A stretch of DNA of 63,340 nucleotides, counting the filler, from Octopus bimaculoides (taxonomy: Eukaryota): the NCBI RefSeq assembly GCF_001194135.2. It is 8 parts of 7 records of this genome, joined end to end, with 100 filler letters (N's around TTAATTAATTAA, not from the genome) between each part and the next. Parts side by side here need not be neighbours in the genome. Positions count along the whole stretch, not along the records: positions 49,521 to 57,075 come from NC_068997.1; positions 57,176 to 61,456 come from NC_068996.1; positions 61,557 to 63,340 come from NW_026345968.1; 5 more parts are not named here. One strand, given 5' to 3'. Under the pieces are notes generated by a model. It saw only the letters and a list, made by a program, of their open reading frames with translations. It was not told the DNA's origin and ran no database searches. Below, in pieces: positions 52,201 to 63,340 of this stretch (positions are counted from its first letter, which is position 1; each line of letters opens with the position of its first letter). Both the position numbers and the translations under genes were made by a program.

Positions 52201-53969
52201 CGCGTATGTATGTGTGTGCGTGTGCACGTGTATGTCTGTATATATGAAAACATACAAACATACATACATATAATACATACATACATGCATACATACATAT
52301 ATACATACATATAATACATATATGCATACAACCATTCATGCATATATATATACATACATAAATACATATATACACACATATATATATATATATGTATATG
52401 CGTATACATACATATACACATACATATAATACATACATGCATGCATACATACATAAATGCATATATACACATATATATATATGTATATGCGTATACATAC
52501 ATATATACATATATATACATCTGTATATACATATCTCTAATGCTATGTGTATCAATAATTTTACCATAATGTGAATTCTTTGGGAAATATCTACTTATCA
52601 CCTCTCTAAACTGTGCAATCAAATTAGATTTAATATTTCTACCAAAAGGGATTATGAACCATACATTATTATCTTAAGTGTTATTGCAGTTATTTGTATA
52701 ATTCTTAAAAAATTTTTAATTACCTATATTACGTTTGTGAAAATCCCCGTTCTCACATTTCTCTGCCTTCTCTTCTTGCTCACTTTCCCTCCTCTTTTCA
52801 CCTCACTGTGTCCTTGTCATTTTTTCTCGCCCTCCTTAATTCTTCTATCCCTCCGCCTCTACCTCTCTCTCTTCTCTCCCCCACGTGACCGGTGTTCGGC
52901 CAAGTCTGATCTTTCTTTCTTGGTTCGGCCGTCGTCCGTGCAACATCTATATTCCTCCCTGTACCTGTGAAATCATGTATCCCAGCCGTAAGGCTTTATT
53001 TCCACACACGCCAGCTTAATTTAATTCGTCCTTAGTCGAAAGACACCTGTTGTTATGTCCTGTTATTTGTATTTGTGTAACTTTCTCCGTTTTTTTCCGC
53101 CCTTGTCTTTGTATACATTCACTGCTTTCTTCCAAGGAATCTAATGCTCTTAGCTTAGTTTTTCCTTGGGGCTGGCCAGATTTGAGCAATTTCGGGTATA
53201 ACCAGCCGATATTGCAAAGATAATCTGGAACTCGACTGATTAAATAAAACTCCGAATGACCTGTCTTTGTTTTCTTTGTATCGTCTATCTGGATGTATAC
53301 ACACACACACACATATATATATATANNNNNNNNNNNNNNNNNNNNNNNNNNNNNNNNNNNNNNNNNNNNNNNNNNNNNNNNNNNNNNNNNNNNNNNNNNN
53401 NNNNNNNNNNNNNNNNNNNNNNNNNNNNNNNNNNNNNNNNNNNNNNNNNNNNNNNNNNNNNNNNNNNNNNNNNNNNNNNNNNNNNNNNNNNNNNNNNNNN
53501 NNNNNNNNNNNNNNNNNNNNNNNNNNNNNNNNNNNNNNNNNNNNNNNNNNNNNNNNNNNNNNNNNNNNNNNNNNNNNNNNNNNNNNNNNNNNNNNNNNNN
53601 NNNNNNNNNNNNNNNNNNNNNNNNNNNNNNNNNNNNNNNNNNNNNNNNNNNNNNNNNNNNNNNNNNNNNNNNNNNNNNNNNNNNNNNNNNNNNNNNNNNN
53701 NNNNNNNNNNNNNNNNNNNNNNNNNNNNNNNNNNNNNNNNNNNNNNNNNNNNNNNNNNNNNNNNNNNNNNNNNNNNNNNNNNNNNNNNNNNNNNNNNNNN
53801 NNNNNNNNNNNNNNNNNNNNNNNNNNNNNNNNNNNNNNNNNNNNNNNNNNNNNNNNNNNNNNNNNNNNNNNNNNNNNNNNNNNNNNNNNNNNNNNNNNNN
53901 NNNNNNNNNNNNNNNNNNNNNNNNNNNNNNNNNNNNNNNNNNNNNNNNNNNNNNNNNNNNNNNNNNNNN

Positions 53970-54021
<52 letters not shown>

Positions 54022-54131
54022 TGCTTGAGTCACTTCCATCTAACAAAACCATTCACAAGGTTTTGGTTAGCCCGGGACTATAGAAGAAAACACTTATCTA
54101 AGGCGCCACACCACACTGCCAGTCTTGCATC

Positions 54132-54165
<34 letters not shown>

Positions 54166-55764
54166 TATATGTACGTATACATACATACCGATACATTCCC
54201 ATGTACGTATACATACACATACATAGATGTGAATAAATAGATAGAGAGGGAGAGAGGGAGAGAGAGGGGGAGTGAGAGAGAAAGCGATGCATGCATATGT
54301 AGATAGAGATATAGATTATTTGATTGATGGATAGACAGATGGGTATAGTGACCAGGGTGTTATTTTTGTTCTTCGTTCCTTTTGGTGAGACCAACAAAAT
54401 ATTATCTCATGTTATACCAAAATATCTACTTACTCAAAATAAACACACATTTTGTACCATATATATATACACACACACTCACATACGTACGCACACTCAC
54501 ACACACACACACACACACATAAACACACACACATACACACACACACACACAACTCGAGTCACTGAACATATCTTAACCTCACTACGAAAACTTCAGCGCT
54601 ATTTCCTTTTTTTGAACTCTGCATTATGATTTATGTCTTCGGTTGTGTTTAATTTGTTTTTCATTCCACTTATAGGTTTTTGTGTTGATTCTTTTCTTTT
54701 TTTCTTTTTTTTTGCAGTACTGCTTTTGTTATAGACCCCATCATTACTTACATTGTTGTTGTTGTTGCTGATGTTGTTGCTGGCGGTGCTGAGGCTCGTG
54801 TGGTGTTGTTCTGTTAATGTTTTTGGTCTGACGGCCTGAATCACTCCTTTATTTTCTTTTCTTTTATTGGTTAAAGTTGTTGACGTTTGCTCATGTCTTG
54901 GACATTCTTGTGCTGTTTTAGCTTCGCTTATTTCTCTAATTATGTACATTTATTTGTCTTGATTTCCTTAGTATTTCTCTTTTCTTATTTATCTTTGAGA
55001 CCTGAGGTTAAAAAGTTCGTTTCGCAGTCTTCATATACATATATNNNNNNNNNNNNNNNNNNNNNNNNNNNNNNNNNNNNNNNNNNNNNNNNNNNNNNNN
55101 NNNNNNNNNNNNNNNNNNNNNNNNNNNNNNNNNNNNNNNNNNNNNNNNNNNNNNNNNNNNNNNNNNNNNNNNNNNNNNNNNNNNNNNNNNNNNNNNNNNN
55201 NNNNNNNNNNNNNNNNNNNNNNNNNNNNNNNNNNNNNNNNNNNNNNNNNNNNNNNNNNNNNNNNNNNNNNNNNNNNNNNNNNNNNNNNNNNNNNNNNNNN
55301 NNNNNNNNNNNNNNNNNNNNNNNNNNNNNNNNNNNNNNNNNNNNNNNNNNNNNNNNNNNNNNNNNNNNNNNNNNNNNNNNNNNNNNNNNNNNNNNNNNNN
55401 NNNNNNNNNNNNNNNNNNNNNNNNNNNNNNNNNNNNNNNNNNNNNNNNNTGTATTTTGTATTCCTATTGTATGTGTCTACGCATGCGTGTCCTTCAACGT
55501 GTCTATGTCTTTTGTAAGTGCATGTGTGTGTATGGGGAGTGCCTGTATTATCTGTATCCTCTGTTAATACCTGTTCGTTTATTTTGTTTTTATTTATTTA
55601 TTTGTTCATGTGTTTATACCTACTTCTTTTTTGTGTTTTTGTTGTTGTTTTGTTTTTGTTTTTTGTATTTAATTTAATTTTGTTAACGTATGTAGTATTT
55701 AATTCCATTTGTTTATCTATGTATTGTATTGTATTATATTTTGTTCATATTGTTAAATAAAAAC

Positions 55765-56450
55765 AAAGAAAGAAGGATGAATCCAACCAGGTCGATAACC
55801 TAAGCAGAGTCGGATGAGCCCAGGTTTATATCAAATAGATCCACAGACGAATTGCGGGACCAGTAATTACTGTTTACATATAGAAGTGTTTTTCTAGCTG
55901 CTAGGATGATGTCGATGCCAGAACGAGAGATGGGTGCGAATTTTCTTGCAAATATTTGCGCTTTATTTAATAAATTTGGTAGGTACTGTAGTCGGAAATA
56001 TCGAACTAAAGTGGGTGAATACGAAACGTTACCATTACAATTCCAAAGTGGAGGCTTAACTCTCCTTCCAAAGTGGAAGCTTACTTTGCTTTTACTAAAG
56101 GTAAAACTCGGTCGATTATGCATATAATACAACCTAAATCTGATTTTGTTGGGTAAATTAGTCTAATAGAAGATTTAATGAAGTTGTGTTTGTAATCGTT
56201 AAAGGTAAAGTAGGTAAGGATAGGTATATATGGTTCAGTTCTATCCAGTAATCCGAGGTTCACGATAAGCATGCAATGGAGTTTGCTAATATCCCGAAGA
56301 GCATTTCCTAAGGGCCTGTATATAATCTCTGCTAAGTTCCCTGCATATGAACGTAGCATAGGTATCAACCGGGAGGAGGAGTAAAGATTCCCGGTTTTAT
56401 CTGTAAAAATGATGTGGAGCATTCTTTATCCAAAAGATAATACTGGAAAG
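55765..56450 (-). mobile_element. Penelope-like element RT fragment
   Basis: LLNKAQIFARKFAPISRSGIDIILAARKTLLYVNSNYWSRNSSVDLFDINLGSSDSA*VIDLVG matches the PLE RT pattern LLNKAL.FA.....I....I.II..ARKSLLF.....W.K.....FDVTMGS.D.AEV..LVG. Confidence 0.85.
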
Positions 56451-56496
56451 ATCCCTCTAGAATGAATTAGTCCTGTTAGAGAACTTGATAATTCTT

Positions 56497-56590
<94 letters not shown>

Positions 56591-56617
56591 GATAGATAGA
56601 TAGATATACAGAGATAT

Positions 56618-56650
<33 letters not shown>

Positions 56651-56730
56651 AGGATATCGATATGTATATTTGTATGCATGTATGTATATCTGTATGTATG
56701 TATATGTGTATGTGTGAATGCATGTATATG

Positions 56731-56761
<31 letters not shown>

Positions 56762-56966
56762 ATTTATGTATGTATGTATCTATGTATGTATACATATAAT
56801 ATGTGATATATCACTACACACACGCAGCACACACAAAAACTCACAAAATCAGATGCACAAGTATCATGTAACCATGGATACACTGAAAACTTTTCTTGAG
56901 AACATTACGTAATAGATTATAAAAAAATATAGTATATATAGATATGTGTGTAAATGTGTCTGTATG

Positions 56967-57042
<76 letters not shown>

Positions 57043-57175
57043 AAATAACTTGATTGCTTAAAGACTTAACAACTGNNNNNNNNNNNNNNNNNNNNNNNNN
57101 NNNNNNNNNNNNNNNNNNNTTAATTAATTAANNNNNNNNNNNNNNNNNNNNNNNNNNNNNNNNNNNNNNNNNNNN

Positions 57176-57434
57176 TTGAGCATACAACTACATCAATTTG
57201 TTTTATGTGTACTATTAAAGTATCACATACAGAGTTTGAGTGTGATAGTAGTAGTAGGGGTGTGACATCTTCTCGGATGTACATTGCAACTCCCCCATGA
57301 CTTCTATCCCTTCTGTCTGTTCGGAGTACGGCATACTCTGGTATATTTATCTCCGCATCTGCTATATTAGGTGTTAGATGCGTTTCGGTAAGCACCATGC
57401 ATATTGCTTGATTGCATGTTACTAGGTCTTTCAA

Positions 57435-57437
<3 letters not shown>
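57176..57437 (-). mobile_element. LINE apurinic endonuclease (APE) fragment, CR1/L2-like
   Basis: ICMVLTETHL......EINIPEYAVLRTDRRDRSHGGVAMYIRE carries the APE motifs (TET, R.DR, GGV..Y). Confidence 0.88.
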
Positions 57438-57471
<34 letters not shown>

Positions 57472-57675
57472 CAACACATGCTCATATACGTACAAACACA
57501 CACACAGATACACACACACAGTCACACAGACACACACATATATATGTATAACACTCATATGCATACATACATACATACATGCATACAAACATACATACAT
57601 ACATACATACATACATACATAGACACATACACACATACATACATACATACATACTTACATACATACATACATACA

Positions 57676-57915
57676 TACATACATTCGAGTGTGTAGAGGG
57701 GCCTGACTTAGTGAGTAGCGTGTTGCACTCACGATCGTGGATTCGATTCTCAGACCGAGCATGGCGTTGTTTCTCTTGAGCAAAGCACTTCCTTTCACGT
57801 AACTCTGCGATCATTTCGTTATCTGACATGTGGCACATGGTGCACCTATATAGGTAATGTCGATTTGATGGTGGGAGTGAGCTTATGGGAGCACATACAT
57901 TTGATCATTATAAAC
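57676..57915 (+). mobile_element. Diverged tRNA-derived SINE
   Basis: GACTTAGTGAGTAGCGTGTTGCACTCACGATCGTGGATTCGATTC head and CTTGAGCAAAGCACTT core-like block. Confidence 0.55.
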
Positions 57916-57933
57916 AAATCGTCTATATATATA

Positions 57934-57964
<31 letters not shown>

Positions 57965-58212
57965 GCATATATATGTATATATATACTTACACACATGCAC
58001 ATGCGCGCACACACACATATCTTTTATCTTTAATCTACTTATTTCAGTCTAAAGACAGCTGCCATGCTGGGGTACCACCTTTGCCGAAATGCTAAGTTAC
58101 GGCGACGTAAACACACTGACACATACACAGACGCGCGCGCACACACATGCACAAACAACACGCATATATATATATGTGTGTGTATGTGTATATATATATA
58201 TATATGTGTGTG

Positions 58213-58265
<53 letters not shown>

Positions 58266-58551
58266 NNNNNNNNNNNNNNNNNNNNNNNNNNNNNNNNNNN
58301 NNNNNNNNNNNNNNNNNNNNNNNNNNNNNNNNNNNNNNNNNNNNNNNNNNNNNNNNNNNNNNNNNNNNNNNNNNNNNNNNNNNNNNNNNNNNNNNNNNNN
58401 NNNNNNNNNNNNNNNNNNNNNNNNNNNNNNNNNNNNNNNNNNNNNNNNNNNNNNNNNNNNNNNNNNNNNNNNNNNNNNNNNNNNNNNNNNNNNNNNNNNN
58501 NNNNNNNNNNNNNNNNNNNNNNNNNNNNNNNNNNNNNNNNNNNNNNNNNNN

Positions 58552-58592
<41 letters not shown>

Positions 58593-58654
58593 CATACATA
58601 CATACATACATACATACATACATACATACATACATACATACATACATACATACA

Positions 58655-59430
58655 ATGGGCATACTAGTAATCGTAATAAATATAGTCCCTCTATATCTGA
58701 ACACTCAAATGCGGTAACACACTCTCAATCTAGAAAAAGAGAAATTATTTGGCTTTCTACCCCCACCCTCGACACACACGCCTCATTTTCTCTCAGAGTC
58801 AAAAATTTACAAAAATTGTTCTTCAAAATTCTGAGACTAAATTTTCCTAAGCACCACAAATATTTCCCTATATTTAATAAACACTATGAAATTATCTTAC
58901 TCCACCACCCCTAATTTGGGTTCAATTATCGCATCTACAAACAAAAATAAAATTCAAGTCTAAATGATAAAGGCGTAGATCACACTCAGATACCCCATAC
59001 AAGTCCAAATAATATTAATAAGGCAAAAATTATAGATAGGAATGCAAACACCTGTAATTGTAGGGCCCCTGAATTATGTACGCTCGCTGGTTTCTGTTTA
59101 CGTAAAAACGTAATCTATAAATGCAGTGTGGCAGACAACAAACATGAAGCTAGAGTACGCATAGGAAGCACTGTAGGCTTTAAGAGACGGTATAGAACAC
59201 ATTTAAATTCCTTCTATAAGTTAAGATATAAAAGCTCAATTACACCACCCAGATTTATACACGACTCAAAATTACAGAATATTAATTATATATTATCCTG
59301 GTCTATTATAGATGAGGCCACACCATACTACGATTACGGGCAGATGTAGAATGTTTTCATGTTTTAGATAAGTTTTCTGATGCTAATCATTCGTGCAACC
59401 ATAGATACTACTCAACTTTCATGAGGCGAT
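58655..59430 (+). mobile_element. Penelope-like element linker and GIY-YIG endonuclease fragment
   Basis: RKREIIW...FFKILRLNFPKHHKYFPIFNK; TCNCRAPELCTLAGFCLRKNVIYKC...RIGST.GFKRRYRTHLNSF...WSII. Confidence 0.88.
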
Positions 59431-59676
59431 TTAAATCTGAATCCACTTAGCAATAACGTTAGCAATTTCTGTTGCATAACTGAACATCCAACCGCTTATA
59501 ACAATATATCGTCAACACAAATATAAATTTTAAGAAAGACAGTAAGCAATCTAATTTTACTCCCATCAGCCCTCTTGAAGACTTCCATTATTTGTATAGC
59601 TTTATCCGCTCTTCTATAAAAGCATTCAATTATCTCATACCTTGGTAAAGAACTGAGCACATATCTAGCGTAAATA

Positions 59677-59748
59677 TCATTTTTCCCTGATGAAGGAGAC
59701 ATTCTCTGAAAATGAATTTTAAGATTCATTTGTTATTTGGACGAATGA
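59677..59748 (+). ncRNA. Hammerhead ribozyme-like motif in the presumed Penelope 3' pseudo-LTR
   Basis: CTGATGA (59687-59693), AGGAGACATTCTCT, GAAA (59708-59711), about 260 nt downstream of the GIY-YIG region on the same strand. Confidence 0.5.
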
Positions 59749-60097
59749 ACCCCAAAAACCATTGTTGGAATACTTTATTTTCTTCTAACATGTAACCCAA
59801 AAACACTTTTTAAAGGTTGTTATTTTCTCTATACCATATCTAGATTTTAAAAAAAAACGCTGTATCAATATTCCATTATTATTATATTTATATATCCAAG
59901 TATTTATATGTCCATATTTATTTTTAGCATTTATATAGTTTTATATTTTTATATCTCTAATATATCAATATATGTTTCAGCTTGGACAAGTCTTATTTTT
60001 ATATTATGTGTTAATCATAGACTGCCTGATGTGAACATTTTCTATTGTATCCATTATACGCATATATATATTTATGTTTGTCAATATATATATGTGT

Positions 60098-60168
<71 letters not shown>

Positions 60169-60955
60169 NNNNNNNNNNNNNNNNNNNNNNNNNNNNNNNN
60201 NNNNNNNNNNNNNNNNNNNNNNNNNNNNNNNNNNNNNNNNNNNNNNNNNNNNNNNNNNNNNNNNNNNNNNNNNNNNNNNNNNNNNNNNNNNNNNNNNNNN
60301 NNNNNNNNNNNNNNNNNNNNNNNNNNNNNNNNNNNNNNNNNNNNNNNNNNNNNNNNNNNNNNNNNNNNNNNNNNNNNNNNNNNNNNNNNNNNNNNNNNNN
60401 NNNNNNNNNNNNNNNNNNNNNNNNNNNNNNNNNNNNNNNNNNNNNNNNNNNNNNNNNNNNNNNNNNNNNNNNNNNNNNNNNNNNNNNNNNNNNNNNNNNN
60501 NNNNNNNNNNNNNNNNNNNNNNNNNNNNNNNNNNNNNNNNNNNNNNNNNNNNNNNNNNNNNNNNNNNNNNNNNNNNNNNNNNNNNNNNNNNNNNNNNNNN
60601 NNNNNNNNNNNNNNNNNNNNNNNNNNNNNNNNNNNNNNNNNNNNNNNNNNNNNNNNNNNNNNNNNNNNNNNNNNNNNNNNNNNNNNNNNNNNNNNNNNNN
60701 NNNNNNNNNNNNNNNNNNNNNNNNNNNNNNNNNNNNNNNNNNNNNNNNNNNNNNNNNNNNNNNNNNNNNNNNNNNNNNNNNNNNNNNNNNNNNNNNNNNN
60801 NNNNNNNNNNNNNNNNNNNNNNNNNNNNNNNNNNNNNNNNNNNNNNNNNNNNNNNNNNNNNNNNNNNNNNNNNNNNNNNNNNNNNNNNNNNNNNNNNNNN
60901 NNNNNNNNNNNNNNNNNNNNNNNNNNNNNNNNNNNNNNNNNNNNNNNNNNNNNNN

Positions 60956-60994
<39 letters not shown>

Positions 60995-61390
60995 AGGACA
61001 GCATAATCGAATCTTGTTCTTTCTTTTGAAGCAGTCGAATGCAATTTGTCTGATATCTGATTGTTATATGTAACTAGTTGTATGACCACTCAGAGGCTAC
61101 CCCGTTAACACGCTTATAAAATGAAGGGTACCTCAGTAAACCCACACTCTTTTGTATGTGAGTGTGTGTGCGAGCGTGTGTGTGCGAGCGTGTGTGTGCG
61201 AGCGTGTGTGTGCGAGCGGGTGCGTGTGCGCGTACATAGATGTATAAGAAAAATCTTTGTGTGTGAGTGTTTATATACATGCATACATAATACATATATA
61301 TATGTATACATATGTATGTATGTATGTGCATATATATATGTGTGTGTGTGTGTTTATGTATATGTACATGTATACATATATTTAAATAAA

Positions 61391-61456
<66 letters not shown>

Positions 61457-61770
61457 NNNNNNNNNNNNNNNNNNNNNNNNNNNNNNNNNNNNNNNNNNNN
61501 TTAATTAATTAANNNNNNNNNNNNNNNNNNNNNNNNNNNNNNNNNNNNNNNNNNNNTCTGTATTATTTCATATTTTTTGTAAATACCCCAAACGTTCTGC
61601 GATGTTATTTTCCATCTTTGTCCCCCCTCCCCCCTCCAAAAGAAAAACTCTACATTTGTATGTTGTCCCTTCTATGTTGAGCCCTGTGTGGCTAATAAAG
61701 AAACATATCTATCTATCTATCTATTTATCTACCTATCTATATGGCTGTCTGAATAAAATAATATATATTT

Positions 61771-61817
<47 letters not shown>

Positions 61818-61824
61818 CTATCTA

Positions 61825-61861
<37 letters not shown>

Positions 61862-61882
61862 NNNNNNNNNNNNNNNNNNNNN

Positions 61883-61914
<32 letters not shown>

Positions 61915-61920
<6 letters not shown>

Positions 61921-62135
61921 TTTATTCTTTTACTTGTCTCAGTCATTTGACTGCGGCCATGCAGGAGCACCGCCATTAGTCGAGAAAATCGACTCCCATG
62001 ACTTATTCTTTGTAAACCTAGTACATATTCTATCGGTCTTTTTTGTCGAAACTCTCTGTTAGAAGGACGTAAACATACCAGCATCGATGTACATTTATGT
62101 ACATGATGTATATAAATGACCAGCGTCGTCGTATA
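61915..62135 (-). mobile_element. SINE family 1, 3' part
   Basis: Reverse complement of the GGCGGTGCTCC.GCATGGCCGCAGTCAAATGACTGA tail and adjacent body. Other minus-strand partials lie at 37340-37505, 41370-41525 and 58020-58115. Confidence 0.8.
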
Positions 62136-62176
62136 TATGTATATAGAGAGCGTAAAAGAGTATATTTATATATATT

Positions 62177-62240
<64 letters not shown>

Positions 62241-62244
62241 GATG

Positions 62245-62308
<64 letters not shown>

Positions 62309-62934
62309 TCTGCATTTATACATATACAAATACTCACACGCATGCATATATATATACGTATGCATGTAGTGATGTGTTTGTAACCATATATATGGATATG
62401 TATATATCTACATACGTATATATAAGTGTATGCAAGAATGCCTACGGCTACACATGTGCGTGTGTGTGTGTGCGATTGTGTGTGAGTGTGTTTGTGCTTG
62501 TGCGTGTGCGTGTGTGTATGTACATATTTCTCGTCGTATGCGAAACTTCAATTAAGTGAGATAGGAAAAACTCTATGGAGTCGATAGTTCGGACTTAAGA
62601 ATTTCTTGTCTTATGTAATTATTTCTCACATGTGTCATACTTTCTATCTCCTACTCTCTCTCCCTCTCTCCTTCCCTCTCCCTCTCTGTCTCTCTATCTC
62701 TTTCTCTCCCATTCTTCTAATACCAGAGATATAACGCGCGGTCAGTTTGTCTCTTGCCTATCTGCCTCCCTATCTGTCTGTTCTTCTGACAGACACACAG
62801 ACAGGGGCAGAATCAGACAGTTCTGGATAAATGGATTCGGTGATAGGTTGATTCATTGACTAACCGTTATGGTCTGCTGGAAGATAAAGAAACATATAGA
62901 TAGACGGCTTTGCGAATGTGTGTGTGTGTGTCTG

Positions 62935-62990
<56 letters not shown>

Positions 62991-63340
62991 AACGAGAGCA
63001 TTCCCGGTTTTGTGAGCCGAGGAGCCGATACGCTGCTGAAGAAAGATCCAAACAAGGGGGACGTCATAGATAACTTTAGGCCCATCACTCTGCTCAATGC
63101 AGACTTGAAAATTTTGGCCAAGGTGTTAGCCAAGCGGTTGGCGCTTGTCATCGAAAAACTGATCGGCAAGGCGCAGACGTGCGCCGTACCGGACAGGAGC
63201 ATCCATGACAACCTCCATCTGATGCGCTACATCATAGAGCGGGTAGTTAAGGAACCTGGCATGGGTGGGGCCCTGATCAATTTAGATCAATCGAAAGCTT
63301 TCGATAGGGTAGACCATCAATACTTGGAGGCTGTCCTCAT
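62991..63340 (+). mobile_element. Tx1/L1-clade LINE reverse transcriptase, uninterrupted frame running off the window
   Basis: 116 codons without a stop: TLLKKDP......NFRPITLLNADLKILAKVLAKRL...QTCAVPDRSIHDN...LINLDQSKAFDRVDHQYL. Not in the ORF track. Confidence 0.92.

Noticed and set aside
163-62559. Numerous long ORFs of YI/CV/HT/SL/poly-X composition
   Set aside because: They are translations of dinucleotide and tetranucleotide microsatellites or of N gaps.

Overview
Microsatellite- and transposon-saturated eukaryotic draft-assembly DNA, AT-rich, with many N gaps that usually abut simple repeats. The repeat families are consistent with an octopus or other coleoid cephalopod (inference from recognition, not a database search). 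The only host-gene coding sequence I can support is one + strand exon (10608-11238). It encodes a Ser-rich N-terminus and P-loop of an RGK-like (Rad/Gem/Rem-type) Ras-superfamily GTPase, and has a TATA/E-box/CRE-like upstream region. No later exons are recognisable in the remaining 52 kb. The rest is fossil mobile DNA: tRNA-derived SINEs; LINE fragments (RTE, CR1/L2-like, R4/Dong-like, Tx1/L1-like); Penelope-like RT and GIY-YIG pieces; mariner, Tc1, hAT and Helitron remnants; a gypsy RT sliver; and several MITEs and hairpins. Almost all ORFs in the supplied track are microsatellite or N read-through artefacts. I found no clearly new biological system. The best second-look items are: hammerhead-ribozyme-like motifs, a LINE-SINE shared tail with a covarying stem-loop, a MITE carrying telomeric repeats, an interleaved A-B-A'-B' inverted repeat, R4/Dong ends chained at TAA repeats, and a composite E-box/CRE site near the GTPase exon.
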